Shown here: positions 1 to 10,929 of the stretch, one piece after another
Layout: every line of letters starts with the position of its first letter
How positions within the stretch are numbered: the first letter of the stretch is position 1
DNA from: an uncultured Verrucomicrobiae bacterium
GTDB taxonomy: Bacteria > Verrucomicrobiota > Verrucomicrobiia > Limisphaerales > Palsa-1400
Assembly: GCA_963707025.1 (NCBI GenBank)
Contig: CAVPOM010000006.1
Coordinates: 672,001 to 736,000 of the forward strand
Reading direction: 5' to 3'
DNA length: 64,000 nt
Made by a program: the position numbers and the translations under genes
Notes under the pieces: generated by a model
The model's input: the letters and a program-made list of their open reading frames with translations, nothing else
Databases searched by the model: none
What the model was told of the DNA's origin: nothing

Positions 1-219
1 TGCACCTATGCGGTCAAGGACAACGGCATCGGCATTGCCCCGGAACATCAGGCCAAGGTGTTCGAGATTTTCCACCGCTTGGACCCTGCCGCCTCCGAAG
101 GGGAAGGACTGGGGTTGACCATCGCCCAGAAAATTCTGGAACGACAGGAGGGCAGGATCTGGGTGGAATCCAAAGCCGGGCAAGGCAGCATTTTTTTCGT
201 TTCTTTGCCCGCCGCTTGA
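1..219 (+). CDS. Sensor histidine kinase, C-terminal HATPase_c fragment (runs off the window start)
   Basis: Manual translation of frame 1 gives ...VKDNGIGI...FEIFHRL...[13 protein letters not shown]...[20 protein letters not shown], i.e. G1/F/G2 boxes; TGA at 217-219. Confidence 0.9.
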   Translation, partial: CTYAVKDNGIGIAPEHQAKVFEIFHRLDPAASEGEGLGLTIAQKILERQEGRIWVESKAGQGSIFFVSLPAA

Positions 220-231
220 GGCATAAGTGGC

Positions 232-675
232 ATGAGCATGACCAAAGAAGTAGTTGTCTTGATTGCCGATGATGATCTGGGCCACGTCCGCCTGATCGAG
301 AAGAATCTCAGCCGGGCCGGGCTGCACAATCCCATTGAGCGGTTTGGCAACGGCCAGGAGATATTGGATTTTCTCTTCGGCCGCGGCCCGCGCCGGCGGG
401 CCGGGGAAGCGTCCTACTTGCTGCTGCTGGATATCCGCATGCCAAAAATGGACGGCGTGGAAGTGCTCCGGCAGATCAAGGCCGACCCGGAGCTAAGGAA
501 AATTCCGGTCATCATGCTCACGACCACCGATGATCCGCGCGAAGTGGAACATTGCCATGCCCTGGGTTGCAGCACCTACGTGGTCAAACCGGTGGATTAC
601 GAAAAGTTTGCCGAGGCGATCAAGCAGTTCGGCTTGTTCATTGCGCTGGTGCAAGTGCCCGAAGTTCGCACCTGA
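232..675 (+). CDS. Single-domain response regulator (Rcp1-like)
   Basis: LIADDD, LLLDIRMPKMDG, IPVIMLTT, YVVKP receiver motifs. Confidence 0.9.
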   Translation: MSMTKEVVVLIADDDLGHVRLIEKNLSRAGLHNPIERFGNGQEILDFLFGRGPRRRAGEASYLLLLDIRMPKMDGVEVLRQIKADPELRKIPVIMLTTTDDPREVEHCHALGCSTYVVKPVDYEKFAEAIKQFGLFIALVQVPEVRT

Positions 676-682
676 GTGGAGC

Positions 683-2101
683 ATGAGGGCAGACAAACCA
701 GCGGCGACGCTTTTGATTGTGGATGATGATCGCGGGCTGCTGCGCTTGGCGGCCAAGGCCCTGCAACGGGAGGGGTTCGCCGTCGCCACCGCCGCGGCCG
801 GCCCGGAAGCCATGGCCTGGCTGAAAGCCAGCCGGCCGGATTTGCTCCTGCTCGATTTGAAGCTTCAGGATTGCGACGCCCGCCAACTCCTTCGTCAACT
901 CTCCGACCTCAACCGCCTGCCCCCCTTCCTCATTATCACCGGCCAGGGCGATGAACGGGTCGCCGTCGAGATGATGAAAGGCGGCGCCCGGGATTACCTG
1001 GTCAAAGGCGCCGATTTTTTGGAGTTCCTGCCCAAGGTGGCCGCCCGCGTGCTGGCCCAGATCGAGCAGGAAGGCAAACTGGCCGCCGCCGAAGCCGCCT
1101 TGCGTTTGAGCGAGGAACGATTCCGCGTGGCCTTGAAGAATTCTCCCATCATGGTCTTTAACCAGGACACCCGCCTGCGCTATACCTGGGTTCACAACCA
1201 GGCGGTCGTGCAAGCGGGCCGCGACATGCTGGGCAGGACCGACGGCGAACTCTTTGCCGCCGCCGAGGCGGACCGGTTGACCCAGATTAAAGCCCGCGTT
1301 CTGTTGACAGGAACCGGTTTGCGACAGGAGATTTGCCGCGTGGCGGGCGGGGAAAAACATTTCTATGATCTGACGGTCGAACCGGTGCGGGATGCTCAGG
1401 GCCAGATCAGGGGCATCACCGGGGCGGCCATGGAGGTGACCGAGCGCAAGCGCTTGGAGGAGGAAATCCTGCAAATCAGCGAAATGGAACAGCGCCGCAT
1501 CGGGCAGGATTTGCACGATGGCATTTGCCAGCACCTGGCCGGCATCGAATTGAAAAGCCAGTCCCTGGCCCAGACCCTGGAGAAGAAAGCCAAGGCCCAG
1601 GCCGCCCAAGCCGAACAAATCGCCCGCCATGTCCGTGATGTCCTCGGCCAGACCCGCTCCCTGGCCCGCGGCCTGTCCCCCTTTATTCTGGAAGCCGAAG
1701 GTTGGGTGTCGGCGTTGCGGGAATTGGCCGCCCACACACAGAAACTGTTCAACGTCAAATGTCATTTCCGCAACGACCGGCCGGTGGCGATTGCCGATCC
1801 GGCCATGGCCACCCATCTTTATCGCATTGCCCAGGAAGCCGTCACCAACGCCATCAAACACGGCAAGGCCAGCGCCGTCGAAATCAGCCTGACCCACGCC
1901 AACGATAAAATGGTTTTGGCCATCAGCGATAATGGCATCGGTTTTAAATCCCCGGCCCGGCCCGGAACCGGCATGGGCTTGCGCACCATGCAATATCGGG
2001 CTGGCAGAATCGGGGCCGCCTTGCTGGTGCAGACCCCGCCCGAGGGGGGGACCAGAATCGTTTGCTTTTTCCAGAACTCCGCCCGCCCGCCCGCCCCATG
2101 A
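683..2101 (+). CDS. Receiver-PAS-histidine kinase (HisKA_3, NarX-like)
   Basis: N-terminal LIVDDD receiver, PAS (FNQDTRLRYTW), EQRRIGQDLHDGICQ H-box, EAVTNAIKHG, DNGIG, GMGL; ATG 683 chosen just after the upstream stop. Confidence 0.88.
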   Translation: MRADKPAATLLIVDDDRGLLRLAAKALQREGFAVATAAAGPEAMAWLKASRPDLLLLDLKLQDCDARQLLRQLSDLNRLPPFLIITGQGDERVAVEMMKGGARDYLVKGADFLEFLPKVAARVLAQIEQEGKLAAAEAALRLSEERFRVALKNSPIMVFNQDTRLRYTWVHNQAVVQAGRDMLGRTDGELFAAAEADRLTQIKARVLLTGTGLRQEICRVAGGEKHFYDLTVEPVRDAQGQIRGITGAAMEVTERKRLEEEILQISEMEQRRIGQDLHDGICQHLAGIELKSQSLAQTLEKKAKAQAAQAEQIARHVRDVLGQTRSLARGLSPFILEAEGWVSALRELAAHTQKLFNVKCHFRNDRPVAIADPAMATHLYRIAQEAVTNAIKHGKASAVEISLTHANDKMVLAISDNGIGFKSPARPGTGMGLRTMQYRAGRIGAALLVQTPPEGGTRIVCFFQNSARPPAP

Positions 2102-2778
2102 AGCCGATGAGAAAAGCGGCCCAGGCGCAAACCAGAATCCTCATCGTGGATGATCATCCCATGATGCGGGAGGGTTTGGCCCAACTGATTGCCCACCAGC
2201 CGGACATGATGGTCTGCGGCGAAGCGGGCGAGGCGGGCGACGCCTTGGAAAAAGTCAGGCTGCTCAAACCCAACCTGGTCCTGGCCGACATTACGCTGCC
2301 GGGTCGAAACGGCCTGGAACTGATCAAAGACCTCCAGGCGATGGATGCCGGCGTTTTGGTTCTGGTTATTTCCATGCACGATGAATCCCTTTATGCCGAG
2401 CGTGTCCTCCGCGCCGGCGGGCGCGGCTACGTCATGAAACAGGAAGGCGGCAAAAAAATCATGGAAGCCATTCGCCAGGTTTCCGCCGGGCAGATTTTTG
2501 TCAGCGAAAAAATGTCGGCCAGGATTTTGGAACTGTTCTCCGGCCGCCGTCCGCCAGGCGGCAAAGCCGCGGTGCAAAACCTGACCGACCGCGAATTCGA
2601 GGTTTACCAATTGATTGGCCAGGGCCTGGGCACCAAGGATATCGCCCGGCAACTGCACCTCAGCCCCAAAACCATCGAAGTCCATCGCGCCAACATCAAA
2701 GTCAAGCTCCAGACCAAAAGCATGGCCGAACTCATCCGCCACGCCGTCCGCTGGGTGGAATCCGATAAGCGGGACTAA
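2098..2778 (+). CDS. NarL/FixJ-family response regulator
   Basis: ILIVDDHPMMREG receiver plus LuxR HTH (LTDREFEV...LSPKTIEVHR); ATGA overlap with the upstream kinase. Confidence 0.92.
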   Translation: MKPMRKAAQAQTRILIVDDHPMMREGLAQLIAHQPDMMVCGEAGEAGDALEKVRLLKPNLVLADITLPGRNGLELIKDLQAMDAGVLVLVISMHDESLYAERVLRAGGRGYVMKQEGGKKIMEAIRQVSAGQIFVSEKMSARILELFSGRRPPGGKAAVQNLTDREFEVYQLIGQGLGTKDIARQLHLSPKTIEVHRANIKVKLQTKSMAELIRHAVRWVESDKRD

Positions 2779-2834
2779 TCCAGCCAGGCGCCGGGTTGGG
2801 ATTCAACCCGTAAAGAATTCAGGGCGCTTCTCCC

Positions 2835-3473
2835 TTACTCCAGATGAATGATGCCTCGTTGCAGGGCGGTGGTGGCGGCTTGGGTGCGGTCGTTCGCGCT
2901 CAGTTTGGTCAGAATATGGCCCACATGCAGCTTGACGGTGACCTCGGCAATGGTCAGGTCAGAGGCGATTTCCTTGTTGCTTTTGCCCTTGACGATCAAG
3001 CGCAGAACGTCAATCTCCCGCGCCGTCAGGTCCGGGTGCGTCATCCGTTCGGCCAGGCGCGCGCCCACCGCCGGCGAGATGGACCGTTCGCCGGCATTGA
3101 CCGCGCGGATGGTGTCAATCAACTCATTGCGCGCCGCGGTCTTAAGGAGGTAGGTGCGGGCTCCGGCCAGGAGAGAGCGATAAATGTCCTCCTCCCCATC
3201 GTGCGTCGAGAGCATGATGACGGCCGCGCCGGGAAATTCTTTGCAGATGGCCTCGGTCGCCTTCACCCCGCCGATGCCCGGCAGCTTTAAATCCATCAAA
3301 ACGATGTCCGGCTGGTGCTGGCGGTAGGCGGCCACGGCTTGCTCGCCCGTGGAGGCCTCGGTCGTCACCACCATGTCGGCTTCGACGTTAATCGAACCGC
3401 TCAACCCCATCCGCACCACGAAATGGTCATCCACCACCATGACGCGAATTTTCTTTTTGGCTCCGGCTGTCAT
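2835..3473 (-). CDS. NarL/FixJ-family response regulator
   Basis: VMVVDDHFVVRMG receiver plus LTAREIDVL...SNKEIA...TVKLHV HTH. Confidence 0.92.
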   Translation of the reverse strand: MTAGAKKKIRVMVVDDHFVVRMGLSGSINVEADMVVTTEASTGEQAVAAYRQHQPDIVLMDLKLPGIGGVKATEAICKEFPGAAVIMLSTHDGEEDIYRSLLAGARTYLLKTAARNELIDTIRAVNAGERSISPAVGARLAERMTHPDLTAREIDVLRLIVKGKSNKEIASDLTIAEVTVKLHVGHILTKLSANDRTQAATTALQRGIIHLE

Positions 3474-3487
3474 AAAAGCTCATCTCC

Positions 3488-5623
3488 TCAGGCGGCCGGC
3501 AACTGGAATTGACGCTCCGGCCCGGCGGCGGCCACGCCCTCCCGCTTTTCCGCGAACTCGGCGCGGATTTCCGTGCCCTGGCCGGGCACGCTGCACAGGG
3601 AGAAGCGGCCGCCCATCTTTTCCGCCCGTTCGCTCATGTCCAGCAATCCAAAATGGCCCCCATAAATGACCGCGCGGTTGTTGGTGTCGAAGCCTACCCC
3701 GTCATCCTGCACCCGCAAACAGACTTTGCCGGGGTCATAAGCCAGATGGACCGCGATCCGTCCGGCGCGGGCGTGCTTGAGCGCGTTGGCCAGCGCTTCC
3801 TGCGCGATGCGCAGCAGATTGTTCTCCACTTGCGGTGGCAATTTGCGCGGCACACCGGAAGTCTCCGCCGAAATCGGCACCAGCGAACTGCCCGACATCA
3901 GTTTGGTGACTTCGCGCAAGGCGGTGTCCAGGGTGCTGTTTTCCAGCAGGTGCGACCGCAAATCCCACACCGAGCGCCGCGCTTCAAACAGGCTGCGCCG
4001 GCTCATGTTCCGCGCCAGTTGCAGCATCTGCCGGGCCACGCCCGGCGCGGTGTCGAACTGGTCGGCGACCGTTTCCAGTTGGATCGTGATGGCCACCAGT
4101 TCCTGCTCCAGGGTGTCGTGAAATTCCCGCGCGATGCGGGTGCGCTCCTCCAGCACCGCCTCCCGTTGCAGCTTCTGTTGAATGATCGCCGTCTGGTGCC
4201 GGACCCGCCGGTTGAGCACAAATACCCAGGCGAAGCCGGCCAGCAGAATCACCGTCATGATTTCCAGCATCCACAGCAGGCGCGACAGCGTCCACCACGG
4301 CGGATTGCGCATCACCACCACGTCGTCGGCCGAGCGCAGCAACAACTGAAAAGATTCCGGGTGGGTAAAGATGGACGGATTCCAGTTTTCCATGGGCTGC
4401 GGCAGGCAAACACCGGTCAACTCCAATTCACTCCCGATCTGCAAGGCGTTGAAGCGGCGGCCGGTGTTGGCCGTGTCCACCCGCGCGCTCAAAATCACGT
4501 TTTCCGCCTCCAGCACCAGCACCTGCTCCTCACCCCGTTGCGCCCGGTTCATCAGCCGGCCCCGCAACCGGACCAACGCCCCGTCATAGTCGTCGGACAT
4601 CAACTGATTGATCGTCGCGTTGATGGGCGGGGGCGGGGCGCCATGGCCCAGCCGCTGCACCAGCGCGTCCTCCAGCACCGGCACGTACTGGCCCACCGCG
4701 GGAAACCCGGTCACGGCCACCAGATCGCCGGGAATAAACAGGTTGGTCTGGTGCGTTTTGATCGTCAGACCCTCCCCCTGCTCCTGGATGAACAGAGAGG
4801 ATTGCTTTTGCTCCGTCACCACCCCTTGCACTCTTACCCGCCGGCCATAATAACCCTCCGATTTGAACTGGAATAGCTTGGTCAGCGGCACTTCCACCGT
4901 CCCGCCCGCCGCCGGGGTTTCCACGGTAATGTCATCCGAACTGGTCACGCTCAGGAATGGGGCGCGCATTTGCCGGCGGTTGTTGAAACTGGTGCGGCAG
5001 ACCCCTCTGACCCGCACCGTCGCGGCAATGAACTTCTCCGCCTCGGCCGAATCACATCGCGTCACCAGCGCGCTGAGGCGCTGCCCATCGCTGAGCAGAT
5101 CAATCAGCATGTGTCCCCGCACCGACGGCACGATGGACCGCACCACGCCGCGCAGTTCCACCCACTGGCTGTCTTCCGTGCCGGAGGCCACTTGTTCATA
5201 AGTGACGCGGTTGGGTTCTGGCAGCGCCGCCCGGCCCACCACCTTGACCTGTTCGACCAGCACCACCGGCACAAAATCTCCCGGCCCGCTCCGGCCCTTG
5301 ACCTCCACTTCGTCCCCCGCGCTGAAGTCGTTGGTTCCCTCGCCCAGCTTGACGAAAATCCCCCCGGTGGCGTCGTGGATGAACATCCCCCAGTCGTAGG
5401 TGGCCTCGCAAAAGGTCACCACCCCGCGCAGATGCACCGGGTACTGTTTGGCCGCCTGTTCCGGCGTCACTTCGCGAATTTGGCGCACCGTGGTGAGGGT
5501 CGGCAGTTCCGGCGTTTCCCCTGCCGCCGCCCCTTTTGCCGCCACGGAGAAAACAAGGCTGGGCAGCAGAAAAGCCCACAGGGACAAGGGGCTTTGGGCC
5601 GCTTCAAGGTGTTTAGCTTTCAC
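3488..5623 (-). CDS. Membrane sensor histidine kinase with repeated OB-fold-like extracytoplasmic domains (start uncertain, 5623-5701)
   Basis: Signal-like segment, repeated V-x-L/V-R-G-V-V units, PPWWT plus TM helix, ERTRIAREFHDTLEQ H-box, DDGVGF, GHFGL. Confidence 0.85.
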   Translation of the reverse strand: MKAKHLEAAQSPLSLWAFLLPSLVFSVAAKGAAAGETPELPTLTTVRQIREVTPEQAAKQYPVHLRGVVTFCEATYDWGMFIHDATGGIFVKLGEGTNDFSAGDEVEVKGRSGPGDFVPVVLVEQVKVVGRAALPEPNRVTYEQVASGTEDSQWVELRGVVRSIVPSVRGHMLIDLLSDGQRLSALVTRCDSAEAEKFIAATVRVRGVCRTSFNNRRQMRAPFLSVTSSDDITVETPAAGGTVEVPLTKLFQFKSEGYYGRRVRVQGVVTEQKQSSLFIQEQGEGLTIKTHQTNLFIPGDLVAVTGFPAVGQYVPVLEDALVQRLGHGAPPPPINATINQLMSDDYDGALVRLRGRLMNRAQRGEEQVLVLEAENVILSARVDTANTGRRFNALQIGSELELTGVCLPQPMENWNPSIFTHPESFQLLLRSADDVVVMRNPPWWTLSRLLWMLEIMTVILLAGFAWVFVLNRRVRHQTAIIQQKLQREAVLEERTRIAREFHDTLEQELVAITIQLETVADQFDTAPGVARQMLQLARNMSRRSLFEARRSVWDLRSHLLENSTLDTALREVTKLMSGSSLVPISAETSGVPRKLPPQVENNLLRIAQEALANALKHARAGRIAVHLAYDPGKVCLRVQDDGVGFDTNNRAVIYGGHFGLLDMSERAEKMGGRFSLCSVPGQGTEIRAEFAEKREGVAAAGPERQFQLPAA

Positions 5624-5763
5624 TCGGCCATCGTGCCAGAGCACCGAGGGAACTTCAATGCGGCGATGGGCCTCCATTCGGAATAAGACGGTGCCAGCCA
5701 TTGTTGGAGAAGTCTCGACAAAATGGGGATTCCGTCAAGGCGGCACTCCGGTTAGAGAAAAAC

Positions 5764-5780
5764 TATACTTTGGGAGTATA
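5764..5780. promoter_or_regulatory. Inverted repeat TATACT-N5-AGTATA, candidate operator
   Basis: Perfect 6-bp AT-rich inverted repeat in the divergent intergenic region between the kinase/RR pair and the secreted-protein gene. Confidence 0.4.
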
Positions 5781-6037
5781 TGATAATAAATCCAATGCGG
5801 GCGTGACATTTCCGGCCAGACCGTTAGGCTGGGCACCAATCCCAGCGGCGAACGGCAAGCGGTCGAATCGCTCGCTTAAGATTGTGCTTATGAGTATGCA
5901 AAGACGTTGTGCTATCGCCGCATCTGACCGGGCGGGGCGGTTAACGGGGAAGATCTGTTTTCAACGCCCGGCTCGCGTCTGCCCCTGAGATTTACCGTCT
6001 GTCTTCCCAGAACAAACCCGCAGACCCATCCAAATCC

Positions 6038-8065
6038 ATGAAACCAAAACTCGCAAACAATATGAAACGATTACACCGAGAGTCAAAACTTCTCACTATT
6101 CTGGCCGGCGTGATGCTGATGCAGTGCGTCGGCAATGCCCAAACCGTCATTACCGGATATACCAACACTTTTCCCAACGGCGCCAATACGGGACAGTATC
6201 CGGCGCCCGACTGGGACTATTGGTATAGTGTTTACCAAGACCAGAGCTTGGGGGGCTACAATCTCCAAGGCACCAACGACGCGGCCGTGGATGCCGCCGC
6301 CGACGCAACTTCCGGCTCCATGTACGTTTATGCGCCCTTTACCGTCAGTCACGATCAAAACGTATTTGACATCTCGTTTAGCGGCACCGGCATCCATAGC
6401 GGCGGCTCGCAAATTCAAATCAACCTCATCACCAACATTTCGTGGGATATTCACGTCCTGCCGGGAACGATGACCAATACCGACGGCAATTTTGGCTCAC
6501 TCTCGGGCGGTATCATAGAAAACTATAACCGGCATGATGTGACCTTCCTGACGATTCCTGGCTCGGCCACCAACGGCTGGGCTCACATGTCCGAAAACGA
6601 TAGCAATGTGTTCATCGCCATGGCCCTGACCATCAATGCCGCCACTCCCAACGCCGCCATGGGTTGGGGCGTGGCATTCGATCAAAACAGTTATGAGGGT
6701 TATCCCACCAATAACATGACCTTTTGGATTGATAACCTGGTGGTGCAAAGCGCCAGCGTCCCGCCGCCCCCGCCCCCGCCGCCCAGCCTTTTGCCTGATT
6801 TCCAAGCGGCGGCGCCTGGCTTGAACCTGTTCGCAGGCGGGAGCACCGCGCTCAACAACAGGCAGGACCTGGAAACGGTCGCGCAAACTTATTCGTGGGT
6901 TGGGGCCGCGGGGCCGGTCAGTTACTCCTTTACCATCACCAATTATCCTGTCGCGACGAACGATCAATTCCAAACTCAAATCTTCCTGGTGCCGAATCCG
7001 GATGCCGCCGTGGCGCCGGATTACAATGATACGAACTGCATATTTATTGACATGGAAAGCACAACCTCCGGCGGCACGCAAATGACTTTCCGATACAAGA
7101 CCAACAACCCGAACAACAACTCGATGATATACGGAACCAATATATACGGCCTGGGTGGCGGGGTGGCTTCGATCCGCAGCGCCACGCCGCTTGGGACTTA
7201 TACGCTGACTTTTAATCAAAACACCAACGTGACGATGACCGTGCCGGACGGCACCACCACAAACTTCAGCCTTCAAGATGATGCCACCGCGGACACCATG
7301 ACGTTATTCGCCAACAACGTGGCCCTCTACTTCGGCGTGCAAGGGAACAACGCCGCAGGACAGAACGACCATATTGTCGCCTCCGAGTTCAAGGTAACCG
7401 GTCTGGGTGTGAGTGACTTTGACGACAACTTCATTGCCGACGCCGGGGTTCCGAACACGGTCATTTGGAAAACCAACGCCGCCTATGCCCGCGCCATCCA
7501 GTACGTATTGCCCGGCAACCCGTATTGGGTGCGCTGGACCGAGCCAGCCGGCGGCTATGCCCTGCAATCCACCGCCGCCTTGTCAACCAATATTACGTGG
7601 ACCGATGCGACGAACAACCCGGTTTTCACCTCGGGTGCTTACTTCGACCAGTTGATCAACACGAACGACCTGCAACCTGGCAACGCGGCCTACTTCGTCC
7701 TCGTCAAACATATCTTCTCGCAACTGCAAGTCTTGCTGCCGGGCGAAACCAACGCGCCGAACACAACCACAGGCAAGACGGGAACCCCCACTCCAAACAG
7801 TCTGAGCGTTAGTGGCGGCATCGTGACCTGTACCGTCCTGGCGGTGGACGCGCATTGGAACCCGATTCCCGGTGTGACTGACACCGTGGCCGTCACCGAC
7901 AGTGGCGGCGGGGTGGATCCCAACAACGCGGCCTTGGTCAATGGATCGGGCCAGTTTCAGGTGTTCTACGGCGCTCCAGCCAACGGCATTACCATCACCG
8001 CCACGGATGTGACGACTGGCACCATCTTGCCGAACACCAGTTCCCCGTTCAATATCACTCCATGA
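6038..8065 (+). CDS. Secreted multidomain protein of unknown function (beta-rich, Pro linker, C-terminal Ig-like domain)
   Basis: Signal peptide (...VGNA-Q), Thr/Asn-rich composition, poly-Pro linker, YALQS...W...YF module. Confidence 0.75.
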   Translation: MKPKLANNMKRLHRESKLLTILAGVMLMQCVGNAQTVITGYTNTFPNGANTGQYPAPDWDYWYSVYQDQSLGGYNLQGTNDAAVDAAADATSGSMYVYAPFTVSHDQNVFDISFSGTGIHSGGSQIQINLITNISWDIHVLPGTMTNTDGNFGSLSGGIIENYNRHDVTFLTIPGSATNGWAHMSENDSNVFIAMALTINAATPNAAMGWGVAFDQNSYEGYPTNNMTFWIDNLVVQSASVPPPPPPPPSLLPDFQAAAPGLNLFAGGSTALNNRQDLETVAQTYSWVGAAGPVSYSFTITNYPVATNDQFQTQIFLVPNPDAAVAPDYNDTNCIFIDMESTTSGGTQMTFRYKTNNPNNNSMIYGTNIYGLGGGVASIRSATPLGTYTLTFNQNTNVTMTVPDGTTTNFSLQDDATADTMTLFANNVALYFGVQGNNAAGQNDHIVASEFKVTGLGVSDFDDNFIADAGVPNTVIWKTNAAYARAIQYVLPGNPYWVRWTEPAGGYALQSTAALSTNITWTDATNNPVFTSGAYFDQLINTNDLQPGNAAYFVLVKHIFSQLQVLLPGETNAPNTTTGKTGTPTPNSLSVSGGIVTCTVLAVDAHWNPIPGVTDTVAVTDSGGGVDPNNAALVNGSGQFQVFYGAPANGITITATDVTTGTILPNTSSPFNITP

Positions 8066-9003
8066 TGTTGCGCCTCCATTCGGCGGGCGCCGGTTCAGTC
8101 CGGCGCCTGCCCTTTCAAGGTCGCGGATTCACCCTGATTGAGTTGCTGGTCGTCATCGCCATCATCGCCATTCTGGCGGCCCTGCTGCTCCCGGCCCTGG
8201 CGCTTGCCAAACAGCATGCCCTGTCAACCGAGTGCATGAACAACTCCCGCCAGATCATGCTCGGCTGGCACATGTACTCCGACGATAACAACGACCTTCT
8301 CCCCCCCAACGATTATCCTTTCGAAACCTGTTATTATACCGATCCCAACAAAAATGAATTGAAGAATTTGGTTTGCGGCACGATGGAACAGCCGATTGAC
8401 GCGATCATGCTCAGCGAACTCACCGACCCGATCGGCACGGCCCTGTCCTGGTATGTTTCCAACCCCCAGGTTTACCATTGTCCTGCGGACAACTACATTG
8501 ACCCAAATTCGCACAAAGTCCATGTGCGGAGCATCTCCATGAACTCCGCCATCGGGACGGTTTGGTACGGTTTCTATGCCGACGGACTCAAGCTCGGCTC
8601 GACGGTCGGGGGCGGATGGCTGCCTGGCGCCAGCTATAATGCCAATCAGACCACTTGGTTGACTTACGGCAAAATGTCCTCCTTCTCTCAACCAGGCCCG
8701 GCCAACACTTGGGCGATCATGGACGAAAACCCGTACACCATCAACGACGCCTCCCTGGCCATCTCGGCCATGGCGGCCCCCGGCGCCACCTATCTCATTG
8801 ATTATCCTGCCAGCAATCATAACAAGGCGTCGGGCATTTCCTTTGCCGACGGCCATTCCATCATGCACAGGTGGTCGGATCCGCGCACTTACACCCCGGA
8901 AAATCTGCTGGGTCCCGGCCAGGGCAGCACCAGCTCGACCTTGCAGAACCCTGACAACCCGGATTGCTTCTTCCTGGCGCCCATCACCTCCGCCCTGCGC
9001 TAA
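8062..9003 (+). CDS. Prepilin-type N-methylation / H-X9-DG domain protein (DUF1559-like)
   Basis: [44 protein letters not shown] (H-X9-DG). Confidence 0.9.
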   Translation: MMLRLHSAGAGSVRRLPFQGRGFTLIELLVVIAIIAILAALLLPALALAKQHALSTECMNNSRQIMLGWHMYSDDNNDLLPPNDYPFETCYYTDPNKNELKNLVCGTMEQPIDAIMLSELTDPIGTALSWYVSNPQVYHCPADNYIDPNSHKVHVRSISMNSAIGTVWYGFYADGLKLGSTVGGGWLPGASYNANQTTWLTYGKMSSFSQPGPANTWAIMDENPYTINDASLAISAMAAPGATYLIDYPASNHNKASGISFADGHSIMHRWSDPRTYTPENLLGPGQGSTSSTLQNPDNPDCFFLAPITSALR

Positions 9004-9027
9004 GGCGCGCGGGTCACTTCTTGCGGC

Positions 9028-9294
9028 GGCTTCCAGGATTGGAGTTGGGCCGGTGACAACCTGGAAAACAGCTCGCCGGTTTATTCCGGCAGCGCTTCCA
9101 TCAGTGTCAGCGGCACCAACTGGCAGGCGCTTTGGCTGTACCACAGTGACTTTAACACCGCCCTTTACTCCAACATCAGCTTCTGGATCAACGGCGGCGC
9201 TGGCGGCGGGCAAGTCATCCAGGTGGTCGGCGTACTCAACGGCCTTTATTACGCCGACAGCCTGGGCCAATTGATGAAGACGGAGTTCAATTAA
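9028..9294 (+). pseudogene. Start-less, apparently internally deleted remnant of a secreted glycoside hydrolase
   Basis: Stop-free frame with no start codon: GFQDWSWAGDNLENSSPVYSGSASISV...ISFWINGG...QVVGVLNGLYYADSLGQLMKTEFN*; resembles a CBM-like N-terminal domain joined to a catalytic-domain segment. Confidence 0.55.
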
Positions 9295-9468
9295 GAATAA
9301 ACCGCTTCCGGCCGATATACAATGTGATGAACTTTTGGATCAAATCAAGAAAGCTCAAACCGGCCGCCACCGTGCCGCCCGAGAGGGATGGTAACGCCTG
9401 CTGACACATGGCCGGACTCCCTCCAGGAAATGTACGGCCAGCAAAGGGCGGATTAGCCACATCATTTC

Positions 9469-10926
9469 ATGGTTTTTAGCGCGCCGAGCTTTTTATTCGT
9501 TTTCCTGCCGGCCGTTTTGATGGGCAGTGTGCTGCCCAGCCTGCGTCTGCGCAACCTGTGGCTGCTCGGGTTCAGCATCCTTTTTTACGCTTGGGGCGAG
9601 CCGGCCTTTGTCTTGTTGATGTTGGGATCAACCCTGCTCAATTATTTTCTGGGCCGGTGGGTCGAACGGAAAACGGACCTTCGCGGGCGCAGATGGGCTG
9701 CCGGCCTGGCCATCGGCCTCAACGTGGGGCTGCTCGCCTTCTTCAAGTACGCCAATTTCGCAGTGGAGAATGTGAATTGGATCCTGGCCTCGGTTGGCCT
9801 GCACCCGGTGCAGGCTGCATCCATCCGGCTGCCGATCGGCATCTCCTTCTTCACCTTTCACGCGCTGTCCTACGTTATAGACATCTACCGCCGAAAATCG
9901 GCCCCGGCCAACAGCCCGGCCGCCACGGCACTCTATATATTCTTCTTCCCGCAATTGATCGCCGGGCCAATCCTGCGGTGGAGCGCCATCGCGCCCCAAA
10001 TCGCCAACCGCACTCAGACGGTGGAACGCTTCGCCCAGGGAGTCCGCCGGTTCGCCGAGGGACTGGCCAAGAAAGTCCTGATCGCCAATGTGCTGGCAGC
10101 CCCAGCCGACGAAATCTTCAAAATCTCCGGCCACGGCCAGGACCTCAGCATGGGATTGGCCTGGTTGGGGGCTGTCTGCTACATGCTGCAAATTTACTTT
10201 GACTTCTCCGGATACTCGGACATGGCGGTCGGCCTGGGGAAGATGTTCGGCTTCCAGTTCATGGAGAATTTCAACTACCCCTATATCTCGCAATCCATCC
10301 GCGAATTCTGGCGGCGCTGGCATATCTCCCTCTCCACCTGGTTTCGCGATTACCTCTACATTCCGTTGGGCGGCAACCGTCGCTCGACCTGGCGCAACCA
10401 CTTTAATCTGCTCATCGTCTTTCTCCTTTGCGGCCTGTGGCACGGAGCCAGTTGGACCTTTGTCATTTGGGGTTTGTATCATGGCTTTTTTATCGTGCTG
10501 GAACATGCCGGCCTGGAGCGGATGCTGGAACGGGCGGCGCGCCCCTTGCGCCATCTCTACGCTCTTCTGGTTGTTCTGGCGGGCTGGGTGCTTTTTCGGG
10601 CGGCAACCTTTTACGGCGCCATCGCCTTTCTGGCAAACATGGTGGGAATAACCTTCGGGCCGGTGGCACCCAGACCGCCGGAATCTTTGTTCACCCATCA
10701 AGCGGCCTGTTCCCTGATTGCCGGACTGGCCCTGTCGGCGCCGCTGTGGCCCTGCTGGAAGCAATGGACCACCCGGACACTGGAGAGGCTGCCAGCGGCT
10801 TTCGCATCCCTCGCGCGCGTCCTCTGCAGCTTGGGCCATCTGCTGCTGACCATCGCACTGCTGCTCCTGTCCGCAGTCTGGCTGGCGGGGGGAACTTATA
10901 ACCCGTTCATCTACTTTAGATTTTAG
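9469..10926 (+). CDS. algI: MBOAT-family O-acyltransferase (AlgI/PatA-like)
   Basis: LPIGISFFTF, FFPQLIAGPI, QIYFDFSGYSDMA, EFWRRWHISLSTWFRDYLYIPLGG, GLWHGA, YNPFIYFRF. Confidence 0.92.
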   Translation: MVFSAPSFLFVFLPAVLMGSVLPSLRLRNLWLLGFSILFYAWGEPAFVLLMLGSTLLNYFLGRWVERKTDLRGRRWAAGLAIGLNVGLLAFFKYANFAVENVNWILASVGLHPVQAASIRLPIGISFFTFHALSYVIDIYRRKSAPANSPAATALYIFFFPQLIAGPILRWSAIAPQIANRTQTVERFAQGVRRFAEGLAKKVLIANVLAAPADEIFKISGHGQDLSMGLAWLGAVCYMLQIYFDFSGYSDMAVGLGKMFGFQFMENFNYPYISQSIREFWRRWHISLSTWFRDYLYIPLGGNRRSTWRNHFNLLIVFLLCGLWHGASWTFVIWGLYHGFFIVLEHAGLERMLERAARPLRHLYALLVVLAGWVLFRAATFYGAIAFLANMVGITFGPVAPRPPESLFTHQAACSLIAGLALSAPLWPCWKQWTTRTLERLPAAFASLARVLCSLGHLLLTIALLLLSAVWLAGGTYNPFIYFRF

Positions 10927-10929
10927 CCA

